Below, piece after piece: positions 41,571-56,629 of a stretch of DNA of 64,000 nt. The translations under genes and the position numbers were made by a program. Source of the stretch: Octopus vulgaris (lineage: Eukaryota); NCBI GenBank assembly GCA_951406725.2, contig OX597826.1, positions 46,810,001-46,874,000 of the forward strand, in the 5' to 3' direction. The notes below the pieces were generated by a model that saw only the letters and a program-made list of their open reading frames with translations, made no database searches and had not been told where the DNA came from. Position 1 is the stretch's first letter. The number at the start of each line of letters is the position of its first letter.

Positions 41571-41821
41571 CATACACACACACATACACATATATATACA
41601 TAGCTATATATATATATGTATGTATGTATGTGTATATATATATGTGTCTATATATATGTAATACATTTACATACATGTACATATTTTTATATATATACAT
41701 ATATATGTATATGTATATATATACATGTACATATCTATCTATCAATCTATTTATTTATCTCTCTCTCTATATATATATACACGATCACACACATGTAAGT
41801 ATGAATATATATTTATATATA

Positions 41822-41879
<58 letters not shown>

Positions 41880-42170
41880 CATATATATGTGTGTGTGTGT
41901 ATGTGTATGTGTGTGTGAGGTGGTGTTTTTCTTTCTTCTCTGCCTCTGTTTATATATAGACATTAAATAAACAAAGATATGAATAAGGTTATGTTAATGC
42001 CACCTCACTCAGCAGGAATTGAACCAAACCACACTTAGTTACGAGCAAAATTTCAAGTCCACTACACTTAATATTTGTTTGTCTATGCTTGATAAACTCA
42101 TTACGTGTTGTGTCTCACTTGGCTGGACACAACCAGCGAAATACCAACTATGCTAAGCATATGTCTTGTG

Positions 42171-42897
42171 GAGTAAACCCACAGAATTAGTAAAATGACT
42201 GCACCCGCATGTTTTCATTGACATTTAATAAATGAATACCTGTATCAGATGAAAACTGCGATGTTAAATTGTCAAAAGTTAAAGTCGCAGATATACTTTC
42301 TGTGAGAGCAAAAGACAAAACGCTTCTAGTCCTAAACTTCTATTATCTCTTGTATTAGAGTCTTCATGTCAGGTGACACTACAGTAGTTTATACTGGAGC
42401 TCTCTTTGATCCTTACTCTATTGCATCTAAAATACCGCAAGGTTCGGTTTACTTCCACATATTGCACGGTATTCTTCCTTTTATACATCATCGTCCTAAT
42501 ATCCGTCGCCTTGAAGAATCCCATGCTTCTATGCACCTAGAGTAAAGCCATGGTATTGGTAAAATAACTGTAAGTTTTCAACGACATTTAATAAATGAAG
42601 ACTTGTTTCAGATGAAAACTGCAACGTTAAGATGTCTAAACGTTGACTCTTATATACAATTTCTCAGAAAGCAAAACACTAAACGCTTCTAATCTTAAAC
42701 TATTGTCGCTTGAGCTAGAGACTTCACGTCAGATGGCACCACTGTAGCTTATAATGGAGCCTTCTCTGACCCTTTCTCTATTAAATATGTAATGCTCCAA
42801 ATTTCAGTTTCCTTCTACTCATTATTCGGTATTCTTCCCTCCATACATGATTGTCCAAACAGCCGTCGCCTTCAAGAATCGGATGCTCGTACGCAAT
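42171..42897 (+). repeat. Old two-copy tandem duplication (period about 369 bp) of an RTE-like RT fragment
   Basis: Units start at 42171 and 42540 and share gacatttaataaatgaa..cagatgaaaactgc and ccgtcgcctt.aagaatc; remnant TVAYNGAFSDPFSI..LFGIL resembles RTE RT. Confidence 0.65.
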
Positions 42898-43054
42898 GGT
42901 GATTCTTTCCATTTGGCTAAAGTACCATACCTCTTGGCATGCTTGCACTGTCTCTATTTTCAGAGACCTTGATGCTTCCTTAAACGGGGATACTGCTAAC
43001 TTTTAACAGGCAGCAATATACAATTGCAACACGCATCAAGAAAATAATCTCATA

Positions 43055-43285
43055 AGGCGGCGAGCTGGCAGAATCGTTAGCGCGCCGGGCGAAATGCTTA
43101 GCGGTATTTCGTCTGCCGTTACGTTCTGAGTTCAAATTCCGCCGAGGTCGACTTTACCTTTCATCCTTTCGGGGTCGATTAAATAAGTACCAGTTACGCA
43201 CTGGGGTCGATATAATCGACTTAATCCGTTTGCCTGTCCTTGCTTGTCTCCTCTGTGTTTGACCCCTTGCGGGCAGTAAAGAAAT
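43055..43285 (+). mobile_element. Full-length family A SINE with 17-bp TSD
   Basis: aagaaaataatctcata at 43038-54 and aagaagataatctcata at 43286-302. Confidence 0.9.
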
Positions 43286-43620
43286 AAGAAGATAATCTCA
43301 TACACAACGTTCTTCAAAATACATAACTAAAGCACTTACTGGACCTCCTAGATATAACAGCCAGATCTCACTCAAACTATCACTACCGTCTTAAAGAACA
43401 CGTTGAAAAATGGAGTTCGACTAGAATACTTTTAATCATCAGTCTATTTGAACAGAACTGGCTTGCCCAAAACATGAAAAACTATAGCATCAATAATAAC
43501 AGCAACAACATTTACTGAGGTTTCATTATTCTCATCATGCACTTGTATGACGGTGGGTGGCAAAATCAGCGGAGCCGTGGCAGTTTTGTCATGCTGGATG
43601 TGAGAATAAGAACTACAGAC

Positions 43621-43770
43621 AAATGGTAACACTAGATGGGAGAATCGGGAGAGGAGTTAACGAGATGGTGACGCTAGTGGATAGAATTGGGAGAGTGGTT
43701 AATAAAACGCTGCGGCTGGTTGACAAAATCAGGAGAATGGTTGACAAGATGAAGGCGTAGGTTGATAGAT
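43621..43770. repeat. Degenerate 21/42-bp minisatellite
   Basis: Repeating atggt.ac.ctag..g..agaat.gggagag..gttaa units. Confidence 0.6.
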
Positions 43771-44473
43771 GTGGAATCAGTGGTCAAAAAAGGGATTCAG
43801 TTTTTAAGTACATTAATTTACATTTCTGAGTTTAAATCATAGAAGAATATGTCTTTTACCAAGCATTATAGCAATTTAAGCGACTGTAACCATCTTCCCA
43901 AACATTTGATTTTTGCGTATGTGAGAAATCATTATTGTTGTACAACGATATGTTGTGCAATATTACTGTTAGTGTATCTTTAAACAATATTATAGATATA
44001 CGTTTTACTGTATCTGTAAATAACCGGACACGCTCTCCAGTAAGATTGAGCGTCGTTGACAAAACTGTTCCATACTGCAACAGATGACTGGGACTACAGG
44101 TCTAGTCGAAAATTCCCAGATACTAACATAGGCTGTAATATCAGTTGAGTGGAAGGTATCATCTAATTGCCATTATCGGAGGAATTTCTTCTTAGACAAC
44201 TTCCATGTACATCGATTCCAAACCATGGTCATCAGATCTAACATACCTTTATGGATGTGGACAGGGTGCTTTCGTACGAAAATTACGGTAAAAACTGGAG
44301 ATCTTTACGATAAATATAAACTGTATTTTACACAATGTATTGAGTTTGATACTAGTATTTGATACTAGTATTAAAAATACACATATGTATATGCATACAT
44401 ACGCGTATATGCGTGTACGTATGCCCGTGAGTATATATATACGTATCTGTGAAGTGTGCATGCGAGTATGGGT

Positions 44474-44513
<40 letters not shown>

Positions 44514-44655
44514 GTATGTATGCATGTATGTATGTGTGTATATCATATACACTTAAGTGTCTGTGGGTGTGCGAAGATATGCACGTTTGTATAATCACAT
44601 ATATATATATATAGGCATATCTATGCATATAATAATGTATATGTATGTACATCCC

Positions 44656-44696
<41 letters not shown>

Positions 44697-44704
44697 TTCT
44701 CACT

Positions 44705-45052
44705 CACTCCGACGGTTACGAAGACGAGGGTTCCAGTTGATCCGATCAACAGAACAGCCTGCCCATGAAATTAACGTGTACCCTTAAAGTAGTTCTCGGG
44801 GAGATTCAGCGTGACATAGAATGTGACAAGGCTGACCCTTTGAAATTCAGGTACAACAGAAACAAGAAGAAGAAGTGAGAGAAAGTTGTGGTGAAAGAGT
44901 ACAGCAGGGTTCACCACCGCTCCCTAACGGAACCTCGCGGAGCTTGAGGAGTCTTCGCTCAATAAACACTCACAACGCCCGATCTGGGAATCGAAACCTC
45001 GATCCTACGACCGCGAGTCCACTGCCCTAACCACTGGACCATTGCGCCTCCA
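44705..45052 (-). mobile_element. Family C SINE
   Basis: Minus-strand head ggaggcgcaatggtccagtggttagggcagtggactcgcggtcg...ggtttcgattccc. Confidence 0.85.
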
Positions 45053-45067
45053 CACCCTCTCTCTCTC

Positions 45068-45119
<52 letters not shown>

Positions 45120-45139
45120 GATAGACAAATAGATAGATG

Positions 45140-45203
<64 letters not shown>

Positions 45204-45212
45204 TATATATAT

Positions 45213-45279
<67 letters not shown>

Positions 45280-46362
45280 CTACAAACAAACAATGGGAAA
45301 CACTGGCATAAAATTATCTCCTACATCTCACCACACTAGTTACATTTTTCTTCTCTCACACTCTGTCTTTCTCCCACACTCACAAAATCTTACCAAAATA
45401 TGTGGTGTTTTATTTCTATATTCACGAGTGTGATCATCTGTGCTCGAGACTATTTGTTTGTGTCTCTGGATGTTTACGTATGCAAGTATATGCATATGCT
45501 TATTTACACACACGCTCACACACACACACATATATATGTATGTATATCTTGTAGTGTATATGTGCATGTTTGTATTTATATATCCGGCTTTTAGTTTTCT
45601 TATTTTTATTTTCCTTACCCAATTGACATTGACACGTCTGCTGTCAGAGGGCAAAGACATATATATACATATACATTTACTGCCTCGTTGAGGCTTCGCT
45701 ACTTTATTACGACTGACCCTGCTTTACATTTTTAACCCGTTTATTAACCTCCTTCTGATCCTCTGATCAAAAGAGTCATCCGTAACTCAACCATAGAAAA
45801 CAATCGCAAACATTGGGTATCGCGAGGTCAAGACCCTGGAAGGTCAGAGAACCAATAACTGAAGCACTTGTACCGGTCTGATCTTTAAACTACGAAAGAG
45901 TCAGACGTACTCCATGCTTTCTTTAGCCGTATTCCGCGTTTAACGTTTGAGGTAGATGACAGCTGGATTATGAATATTGGATTAGACTGGATTACATATT
46001 GTGAGTGTGATGGCGGTTGTAGCAGTTGTTGTTAAGATGGCATTGGTTGTAGTGGCTATTGTGACGTGAAGGCTGTGGTGGTGGTGTTGATGATCTTAGT
46101 AATAATTTTGTTGATGGTGGTGATGGTGGTGGCGATGTTTGTGGAGATAGTGAATGTGGCGCTCATGTTGTTGGTGAAAGTGGGTATTGTAGCGGCGCTG
46201 TTGTGGTGGCAGTGGTAGCATTGTAGCGGAGTTAGTGGTGGTAGTTATGGTGTGGTTGTTGCCGGGTTGGTATTACTGGTGAGGATAGATACTGAAGTGG
46301 TGTCGGCAGTGGTAGTGACGGCAGAGATAGTCGTATGGTGTTGATAGTGATAGAAATATAGG

Positions 46363-46404
<42 letters not shown>

Positions 46405-46492
46405 GTATATGTATATATATATGTATATATATATATATATATATATGTGTATATATATATATGTATATATGTATACATATAGGTATATATAC

Positions 46493-46585
<93 letters not shown>

Positions 46586-46800
46586 AATCAAAAATTAAAT
46601 AATAACGGTATAATATCAATTTAACCAGTGGTCAGCATACGTAAAAAAACACCCGAGGACTGTAAATCAAAAAGAGAGACCACTAAGTAAATTCTTTGTG
46701 TGATAAAAATAGACGTAAAATCGTCCTGCCACGAAAATTGTGTTCTCAAATTAACAAGACGCTAGATGTTTACGAGGACATTTGAATCGAAGTTACGATG

Positions 46801-46846
46801 GGCACTGAGGTTGGGCAAAAACACCCCGAAATCAAGCTGGTCCGTT
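46801..46846 (+). ncRNA. Decayed hammerhead-like motif, family H2
   Basis: ggca-CTGAGGT-TGGG..CCCC-GAAA-TCAAGCTGG-TC; homologous to 60050-60093. Confidence 0.4.
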
Positions 46847-47048
46847 GGTCCTGCTGTTAGAAGGTGGTCTGGGTTCGCTCCCCTGCTTGCAATATAGCGG
46901 ATGCAGTTTGCAGCTAGAGGATTCAAAAAATCGCATTTAAGTCCGTTCGTTCGGAACAGCCATGTTGAAAAAATGGCGACAAACACTACTTGCAAGTACA
47001 GTTACTACTTTTATTTGTTACAGAGATTTTATAACTAGCTGCTCTGCT

Positions 47049-47129
<81 letters not shown>

Positions 47130-47191
47130 GACGCCATGATAGAACGTTAGCTCCTACACGCATTTTTTCTCTCCTTGTTTTTTTCTGTGTA

Positions 47192-47229
47192 TCTTTCTGT
47201 TGAAGAGCGTAGCCTCGAAACATAAAAGA
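47192..47229 (+). ncRNA. Hammerhead-like motif, CUGUUGA core (family H1 copy 3)
   Basis: tcttt-CTGTTGA-A-GAGCGTAGCCTC-GAAA-CA-TA-aaaga. Confidence 0.55.
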
Positions 47230-47323
47230 CTTTTTCTATTTCTATTCCTGAGCGTTATACTAATACATTTGTTTGTTTGTACTCCACCTGCCTTCGTCTT
47301 TTGTTTATTTTCGTAAACTTTCC

Positions 47324-47382
<59 letters not shown>

Positions 47383-47423
47383 TGTGTGTGTGCGTGTGCA
47401 TATATGTATGTGCGTGTCTATAT

Positions 47424-47478
<55 letters not shown>

Positions 47479-48741
47479 AGACTATGTTCAGGTTCTATTC
47501 TTTTCCATTTAGATTTTTGTATATTCTATGCTGACGTATGAGACCAATAGTAAAAGAAAGAAAATACTTTGGTGGTCCATTCTTCATGAACTCGACCAGC
47601 ATATAAGAAACAACACATACGACGAAGGTCTGGAAACATCGAATATGTATAAAATAACCCTGATGCTCCAACCCACACCCCCCAAAAAAACGAAAATTTG
47701 AAAGATAAAACTTGAATACAGCCGGGTATTTAGTAAAAGGCATACATATACATACATGTATAAAATGAAAAATATTATCGTTAAAGGCGTGAAATCGTGA
47801 TGATTTTTGGATAATAATTGATGAAACAGCATGTCCACGTCTTGTTTGTGAATTTTCCGATTGTTCCTTCGTTATCCTTTTGTGCAATTTTTTAATCACA
47901 CACTCGCGCGCATACGCACACACAGATATCTATACATACATTTTATTCATATAGTCACTTATCATAGCCCCAACAAATTTCTAATTAATTGCGTAGTACT
48001 CGCATCGATTAAACGAACGCTCGATAGCTGCCTTGTGAAGATAATATCGCTCTTTCGTTTGCTCTCTTTACCTCTCTCTTTCCACACACACACACACACA
48101 CACACACATTCACATTCACGCACATTCACAAACACAAACATACATTGATCATTACTCTCTTTTACTCTCTTTTACTTGTTTCAGTCATTTCACTGCGACC
48201 ATGTTGGAGCACCGCCTTTAGTCGAGCTAGTCGACCCCAGGACTTATTCATTGGAAGCCTAGTACTTATTCTATCGCTCTCCTTTGCCGAACCGCTAAGT
48301 TACGGGGAAGTAAACACACCACCATCGGATGTCAAGCGATGTTGGGGGACAAACACATACACACAAACATATACATACACATACAAATATATACATATAT
48401 ACGACGGGCTTCTTTCAGTTTCCGTCTTCCAAATTTCCAAATGCGATCACAAGTTTTTGATCAGCCCGAAGCTCTAGTAGAAAACACTTGACCAACATAA
48501 ATACAGTGGGACTGAACACGGAATCATGTGTTTAGGAAGAATATATATATATATGTCTGTGTGTGTGTGTGTGTGTGTGTGTTTTGTGTTGTGTTCTTGA
48601 GCAAATCACTTCATTTCTGGCAAAAATGAGTAACGCTGCGATGGACTGGCGTCCCGTCCAGCTAGGGAACACATACGCCATTGAAACCAGGCCCATGAGC
48701 CTGGCTAGGCTTTAAAAGGGCGCATTTATTATATATGTATA

Positions 48742-48782
<41 letters not shown>

Positions 48783-48828
48783 CTTATATATAAGGGCTAA
48801 AGAAAATTATTTCAATGCCAATATGCTG

Positions 48829-48885
<57 letters not shown>

Positions 48886-49483
48886 AAGTTACATATACAT
48901 AAGAATAGATATGTATATTTTAGATTCTGAAGTTCTGTCAGTATCGCTGACGTATTCAATTATACAACAATCTACACATAAATGCATAAACACGAACATG
49001 AAATATATAGACACATACTTCCACGGGGTTGAATAGCCGTATATATATATATATATAAATATATATACATACATACATACATAAATATATGAATGTGTAA
49101 ATAGGTGCAAGCATCATTGTGAATGCAATCAGCACTTGTTAATAATCGCGAGAAAGGAGAAAAGGACGGAAAAGAAACTACAGTAATATGTGTTAATGTG
49201 TGCATGTTATCTTTGTTTATCTGTGAGTGCGTGACACTCTCTGTTTGTTTGTTTGTGCGGCCATGTATGCATAGATGGATGTGTGCTGCTGTTGTGTCTC
49301 TGATTTGTCTTTGTGGATTTATGTGCGTACGTGCATGTATGTATGTTATGTATGTATGTACGTATGTACGTATGTATGTATGTATGTATGTATATATGTA
49401 TGTGTAAGGGTTGAAACGTACTATGTTGTTTAAACACAACCAGATGTCTTTAGATCTTTCATCGCACTAGGTGGGCGAGAATC

Positions 49484-49540
<57 letters not shown>

Positions 49541-49646
49541 ATATATAGTATATATATACATATATATATATATGTATATATATATATATGTATATGTATG
49601 TAAATATGCACACGCACACATACACATATATACATATATATATACA

Positions 49647-49688
<42 letters not shown>

Positions 49689-49797
49689 TGTAGATATATA
49701 CATATATATGCGTGTATATATGTATATATATATATATATATATGCGTGTGTGTGTGTGTGCTTGTATATATATATATACATATATATACACATAAAT

Positions 49798-49935
<138 letters not shown>

Positions 49936-50649
49936 GTAACAACAGAATAGGTGCACCGGCTTACACGCCCTCAGCTACTGATCCGAATCCCTATGACAAT
50001 ATGGGCCCGAGTGATCTGTTTGAGAAAGAAAGGAGACAACGGAATGGTGGTGGTGGTGATAGCAGTAGCGGTGATGGTGGTGGTGGTGGTGGTGGTGGTG
50101 GTGGCGTATGAGGTGGCAGGAGAAAGGAACATGGGGTTTTGGGATAAACTATGACTCAGTATGTAGGTGTGTTTAGGTAGGGTGGGAAAGGAGCAAACTG
50201 CATAACTCCACGGCCCCTCGTCACTTTATTATCTCTTTCAATAGGGGCCAAACTCATACGTATATTTTCTTCTTTTGTTTTAATGTGTGTTTTTATATAG
50301 CTTTAGTAATGCTTTTATTATCTTATATTGTCGATTCTAACGCCACAAGACAGATATATGGATGTGTTGGTTACACATCTTACCCATCTTTTATTTTAAT
50401 TTATTTGATTTCATTTTCTGTTCTTTTTTTTCACTCTTAACCTAATCATTTCTCCGTTATATATATTTTTCTAGATACGTAGTTTCCAATCTTATGTTCT
50501 AGCCACGCCGAAATGAATTAACCTAGAAAAGATTTCGGTCTCAAAATTGTCTCAAAGAGGTTAAGCAAAATATAACGTGGTTGTGTTGGACGGCTGGATG
50601 GATGGTTGGTGCGATACTTGGAGACAGAGGTCACATTTTCTTTGTGCTT

Positions 50650-50787
50650 TGTTGTTGTTGTTGTTGTTGTTGTTGTTGATGATGATGATGATGATGATGG
50701 TGGTGATGATGATGATGATGGTATTGATGATGATGATGGTATTGATGATGATGATGATGAGGATGATGATGATAATGATGATGGTAT

Positions 50788-50848
<61 letters not shown>

Positions 50849-50902
50849 AATGATGATGATGGTGAAGATGATGATGATGATGATGATGATGATGGTTGCT
50901 GC

Positions 50903-50933
<31 letters not shown>

Positions 50934-50997
50934 GGTGATGATGATGACGATGATGACGACGACGATGATGATGGTGGTGGTGGTGGTGATGATGGTG
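50650..50997. repeat. (GTT)n/(GAT)n/(GGT)n triplet microsatellite
   Basis: Direct tandem repeats; explains the poly-D/M/H/S ORFs. Confidence 0.95.
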
Positions 50998-51436
50998 CTT
51001 AGCAGTATTTTGGCCTTCTTCATGTTCTGATTTTCGCAAAGTTTAGGTCATTGTTTTTTCTTAATCATTATTTTAGTTTTTTTTTTGTCTGTTTATTATT
51101 TCAATTATTTCACTTATTGCCGGGAAGCAAACTTCGTACCACACTGCCACGCCTGCGCCCATATATATATATATATATATAATAGTGTAATAAATAAAAT
51201 ATATGCATACATACATACATATATGTACGTACCTACATCTACATGTATATATACATGCATATATAGATATATATGTGAGTACAGGACACCACAAATAGAC
51301 GCAGAACTCAACGAGAACGAAAACATAAAAACAAGCATGGAACAAACCTTTTTTTACAAAGAAAAAACAGAGTACTAGACAAACTACACAAGGAATAAAT
51401 CCCCTTCATCAGCTGTCCCTAATTCAACTCCAGCGT

Positions 51437-51520
<84 letters not shown>

Positions 51521-51753
51521 CCATAAATCGTATATTGCAAAGAAATAATATGCTTTCAAAGAGTGACAAAAGGCCAAAAATTTTGGAATAGAGGTGTTAA
51601 GTCGATTACATCGACCCTGCTATTTAACTGGTACATTATCATATAGTCCCCGAATGAACGAAAGACAATGTCGACTTTGGTAGAATTAGAAGTCAGAACG
51701 TAAAGAGTATTTTGCTCGACGTGTTGACAGTTCTGGAACCTCACCGCCATAGT

Positions 51754-51919
51754 TAGGGCCGGTCCTAGGATTGCTGGCGCCCCTGGTAAGCTGAACTTCG
51801 GCGTGTACAAGCTGACGGTCGTGGAAATTTCTTTGTATTTCCCACGCCCTCCTTGGCGCTCCCTAGTACATTGCGCCCCGGGTTGCCACCCGAGTTGCCG
51901 GTACCTTCATCCGGCCCTG
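51754..51919. mobile_element. GC-rich 166-bp hAT-type MITE
   Basis: TIRs tagggccgg/ccggccctg; perfect 8-bp TSD gccatagt at 51746-53 and 51920-27. Confidence 0.85.
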
Positions 51920-52652
51920 GCCATAGTCCAATGGAATGAAACACAACCACAGCAATAACTGCAACAACAACGACAAAGGATACATATTAATTCTTTCTAC
52001 AACAGGCACAAGGCCTAAAATTTGGGGGAGAGGATAGTGAATTCCATAGTCCCCAGGACGTAACTGGTACTTATTTTTCATCGACCTCCGAAAGAATGAA
52101 CGGCAAAGTTGACCTCGGCGAACAACAGATACACAATAATGTCATGTTTCGCTTACGTCTGCTGCTAAGTGTCACCTTTTAGATATGTCGCGAATCAAAC
52201 CATACACGCAAACACAAACACATATATATACATATATACATACGCACAGATTCCATACATACATTGTCATACCTACAAACGCAATCATAAAAATATATAT
52301 AGCAATAAATATGTATATTTGTACATATACAAATGTATATATATAAATGCAAAACATCCAGATAGACGATACAAAGAAAACAAGAACGGGTCATTCGGAG
52401 TTTTCTTTCCTCAGTCGAGTTCTAGAGTATCTTTGCAATCTCCAGCCCCAAGGAAAAACTAAGCTAAGAGAATTATATATGTATATATGTATATATATTC
52501 ATTTTATTTTTCTTCTTTCAATCATTTGACTGCGGCTATGATAGAGCATCGCCTTAAAGAGTTTTAGTCGAAGAAATCGACTCCAGAACTTATTCTTTGC
52601 AAGCGTAGTACTTATTCTATCTGTTATATTTGCCGAACTGCTAGATTTTATA

Positions 52653-52745
<93 letters not shown>

Positions 52746-53160
52746 ATGTATATCTATGTATTCGACAGCCTTCTTCTTTCAGTTTCCGGCTAACAAAGAT
52801 GTACGCATACATTTTATATAATATATATGCATATATTCGTAATGTGTATATATACGAATAAGAATAAAATTTCTGATATATGGCATTAGTAGATAAATCG
52901 TAGTAGACTCAAACATCTACACATACACGCATACTCATACAGTCAGTCATATATACATACATATACACGCACATACATACACACTCACAGACACGCATAC
53001 GACGGGCTTCTTTCAGCTTCCGTGTACCAAATCGACTCACAAGGCTTTGGTCGGCCCTAAGCTATAGTGGAGGAGAACTGCTCAAAGTGCCACGCTGTGG
53101 GACAGAACCCGGAACCATATAGCTGGGTAGCAAACCTTTTACCACACTGCTACGCCTGCG

Positions 53161-53264
<104 letters not shown>

Positions 53265-53394
53265 AAATGTAAAAATGAAATGAATTGGGACATGAAATGT
53301 AAAAGCCGGACTAGACTATTTTATGCGCAACTCCATTGTCTCCCGAGACAAAAAGGATGCCAACCAACCAACCAACCAACCAACCAACCAACCA

Positions 53395-53503
<109 letters not shown>

Positions 53504-54576
53504 CATATACATACATACATACATACATACATACATACATACATACATAAATGTATACATAAATACATACACAGATACATTCATACCTACACATCAAATA
53601 TATATATATATATATATATATGTATATGAATGAGGTACGAAAAGCATCCTAATAAAAAAAATAGGGCCCATAGTGATAAATAGGGCGCCCACTGATAAGC
53701 AGAGGGAAAAAGATAATGTGATGAACCCCTATAATGAACAAAGCAACAAGAAAATAATAAGGAAAGAAAATAGTAGTACGGGGTGTGAGTCGGGTGCTAT
53801 GCAGGGTGGCGTTGTTATACAGAAGAATAATGTGTGAGATATGAAAGAGAAACAGTGGTGCGTGGAGGTGGAGATGTGAGGGAAAAATAAATAAGTAAAT
53901 AACTAATAAAAAGGTACATTACAAGTTGGTCGGTTATCTACCTGATCCGCTTATCTATCTCACACCCACACACAAACATCTGTGTGTGGGTGTGTGTATG
54001 TGTGTGTGTATATATATATATGTGTGTGTGTATGTATGTATGTGTATGTATATATACACATGCATACATATATATATATATATATATGTGTAGAGAAATC
54101 TATATATGCACATATACATTTATATATATATATTTACATACATATATATATATTTGCACATACAAAAGTATATATGCGTATATATATATATGCATACATC
54201 TTTATATTCATATATCTACACACAGAAATATATATGTGTAGATATATAAATGTGTGTGTGTGTGTGAGTGTGTTGACATGTAATTGCGCGAAGTTCAGGT
54301 TATTGCATTTTCTTAATCATTAGTTTAGTTTTAGTTGTCTGTTTATCATTTCAATTATTTCACTTCATTTTATTTTATCTTAACGCCCCCACCCATCTTT
54401 TCATTCTTTTTCTTTCCTTCCTTCTTTGTCTCGCCTTTTTTATGGTACCAGAGACGGTGTCTTTTAAAGAACATCAATCTGTCACACCTACGAGACATTC
54501 TGCAAAGAAATTAACCCAACTGTACATTCGACTGCAATAATAATAATAATAATAATAATGATGATGATGATAATAA

Positions 54577-54789
54577 TTCTTTCTACTATAGTCACAAGGT
54601 CTGAAATTTCGAGGGAGGGGAATACTCAATTAGATCGACCCCAGTGCTTCACTGGCACTTAATTTATCAACCTCCAAAAGATGAAAGGCAAAGTCAACCT
54701 CGGCGGAATTTGAACACAGAACGTGGAGACGGGCGAAATACTGCTAAACATTTCGTCCAGCGTGCTAATGATTCTGCCAGCTCGCCGCC
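54577..54789 (-). mobile_element. Family A SINE
   Basis: Homologous to 329-557. Confidence 0.8.
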
Positions 54790-54815
54790 ATAGTACTACT
54801 ACTAATAATAATGAT

Positions 54816-55360
54816 TTCATTTATTTGCCACAAGGGCAAAGGATGAGGGGGACAATACGAAAACAGACATAAAGTGAGGGGGTTTACATATAATAATGAA
54901 ATGATAAAAAAAAAGATAAGTAAGTATACACGGTATACACCGAAAAAGAAGGGATATATGCATAACATACAAAGGTTAGAAAAAAGTGGCGGGGAGAATG
55001 ATAGAAATGTGACCTTCCAGGTATAGAAACGCCTCTAGATATAATCGAGGAACCCTACTACCCGAGATTTCCCTGAAACCCCAAGAGCAGGCGCCCTCTC
55101 CAGTTCCTTCTTTCCGAGTCACAAGTCTACATTTAGAGAGGTACACCATCCACTCTTGCCATTTTCGTAACTTTCACTCACCTTTCTGTAAATTCACTCG
55201 AGAACAGCACTTCCCTCTCCACTCTCAATTTCCTTTTCAAGTGAAACCTGAAGAAATCAATGAGAGCTCTACGAAAGAGGAAGATATATGTCCTCATGCC
55301 TCTCAGCCTTCTCCACCAAACAACCTCTTTCGCCACAGTCACCAGGCTGGAAGAAGAAGA
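54816..55360 (-). mobile_element. L1/Tx1-like LINE 3' end remnant
   Basis: ORF2-like tail ALIDFFRFHLKRKLRVEREVLFSSEFTER, then a 3' UTR ending in aataaa and a triplet tail. Confidence 0.5.
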
Positions 55361-56629
55361 ATTTATATAATACGATAAAACTAAAAACGGACAACAAATC
55401 TAGACAAACCAACAAACAATTAAATAACTTCATTTTGATATCAAAATATTCATTCTCGCATTTTTGCACAGAAAGAAAAACAGTAAAAGAAAACTAAGGA
55501 ATATTTCCAAGTGGAGAATTCTTCTGTTGTATTATTTAAGCCTAGGTCAATCCTGATCCAGCGACCTATGACCAAAACCTTCCATTACTGACTATTTCAG
55601 CTTTTTCAAAGATAGGCGCCGGCATGGCTGCGTGGTCTAGAAGCTCGCTGTGCAGCTAAATGGCTTCGGGTTCAGTTCTACTGTACAGCACACTAGGCAA
55701 GTGTCTCCTACTTTAGTTCCAGACCGACTAATGTTGTGTGAGTGAAATTAGTAAACAGAAACTGTGTGGAAGCACATCGTATATATGTGTATATATACGT
55801 GTGTACGAGTGCGTGTGTGTTTGTGTGTGTGTGTGTGTGTATGTGTATGTCATCTCACCACTGCTTATCAACCGAAACTAGCAATTCGTTAAAAAAAGGG
55901 ACGATAGAATAAATGCCCAATGGGGTGGATTTCTTTGACTAAACCCCTTAAAGGTGGCAACCTAGTGTGACCACAGTTCAGTGACCGAAGCAAAAGATAA
56001 AGAATAGTGAATCAATGGCGGTGCCCCAGCATGGCCACAGCTCGTGAGCTGAAACTAGATAAAATAAAATTAAAATAAATAAATAGTAATGTGTCTTTGA
56101 CCAGTTGTAGTTGCTTCTGTTGTTTAACACCAACCAAACCCTAATTGGGGGCAGAATTATTAATTGGGCAACAACATCCAATAGGTCTTTTCTTTTACAA
56201 AGGGTGTGATCTGAGGAGTTATTCGGCTGCCATCCTTTGCAGATCGACCGACCGTATTAACACTCGTTCATTAACTTAACATTAGGTATACAGCGTTTCA
56301 TAAAATGCTCTTGCGCTCTCACTCCGCCATCTCACATACTGTCGGTGTAGTTTTTTTAAAACTCTCTGCAGTAATTATTACCTTGATGCATAAACAATCT
56401 TAATCACTTTCTCAAATTCAAAACTACCATCAATCAAGCTACCATCGTCTCTACTTGTATCGGATCGTCTAACTACCGTCTGACAATGCGTCTAGTACTT
56501 AACTGGTATCACAAATGATAAAAATAAAACTAATTTGAACACAGAACCTAAATGCACATAATTAAATGCACCAAGATATTTACCTGCGCTCTTTCACTCC
56601 GCCACACCATCACCCACAAATGATTAAAA

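Noticed and set aside
43557-43760. Heptad-like ORF MVTLDGRIGRGVNE...
   Set aside because: Explained by the 21/42-bp minisatellite
51300-51440. gacagCTGATGAagggg on the minus strand in a TA-flanked unit
   Set aside because: No GAAA or stem III downstream; at most a half motif
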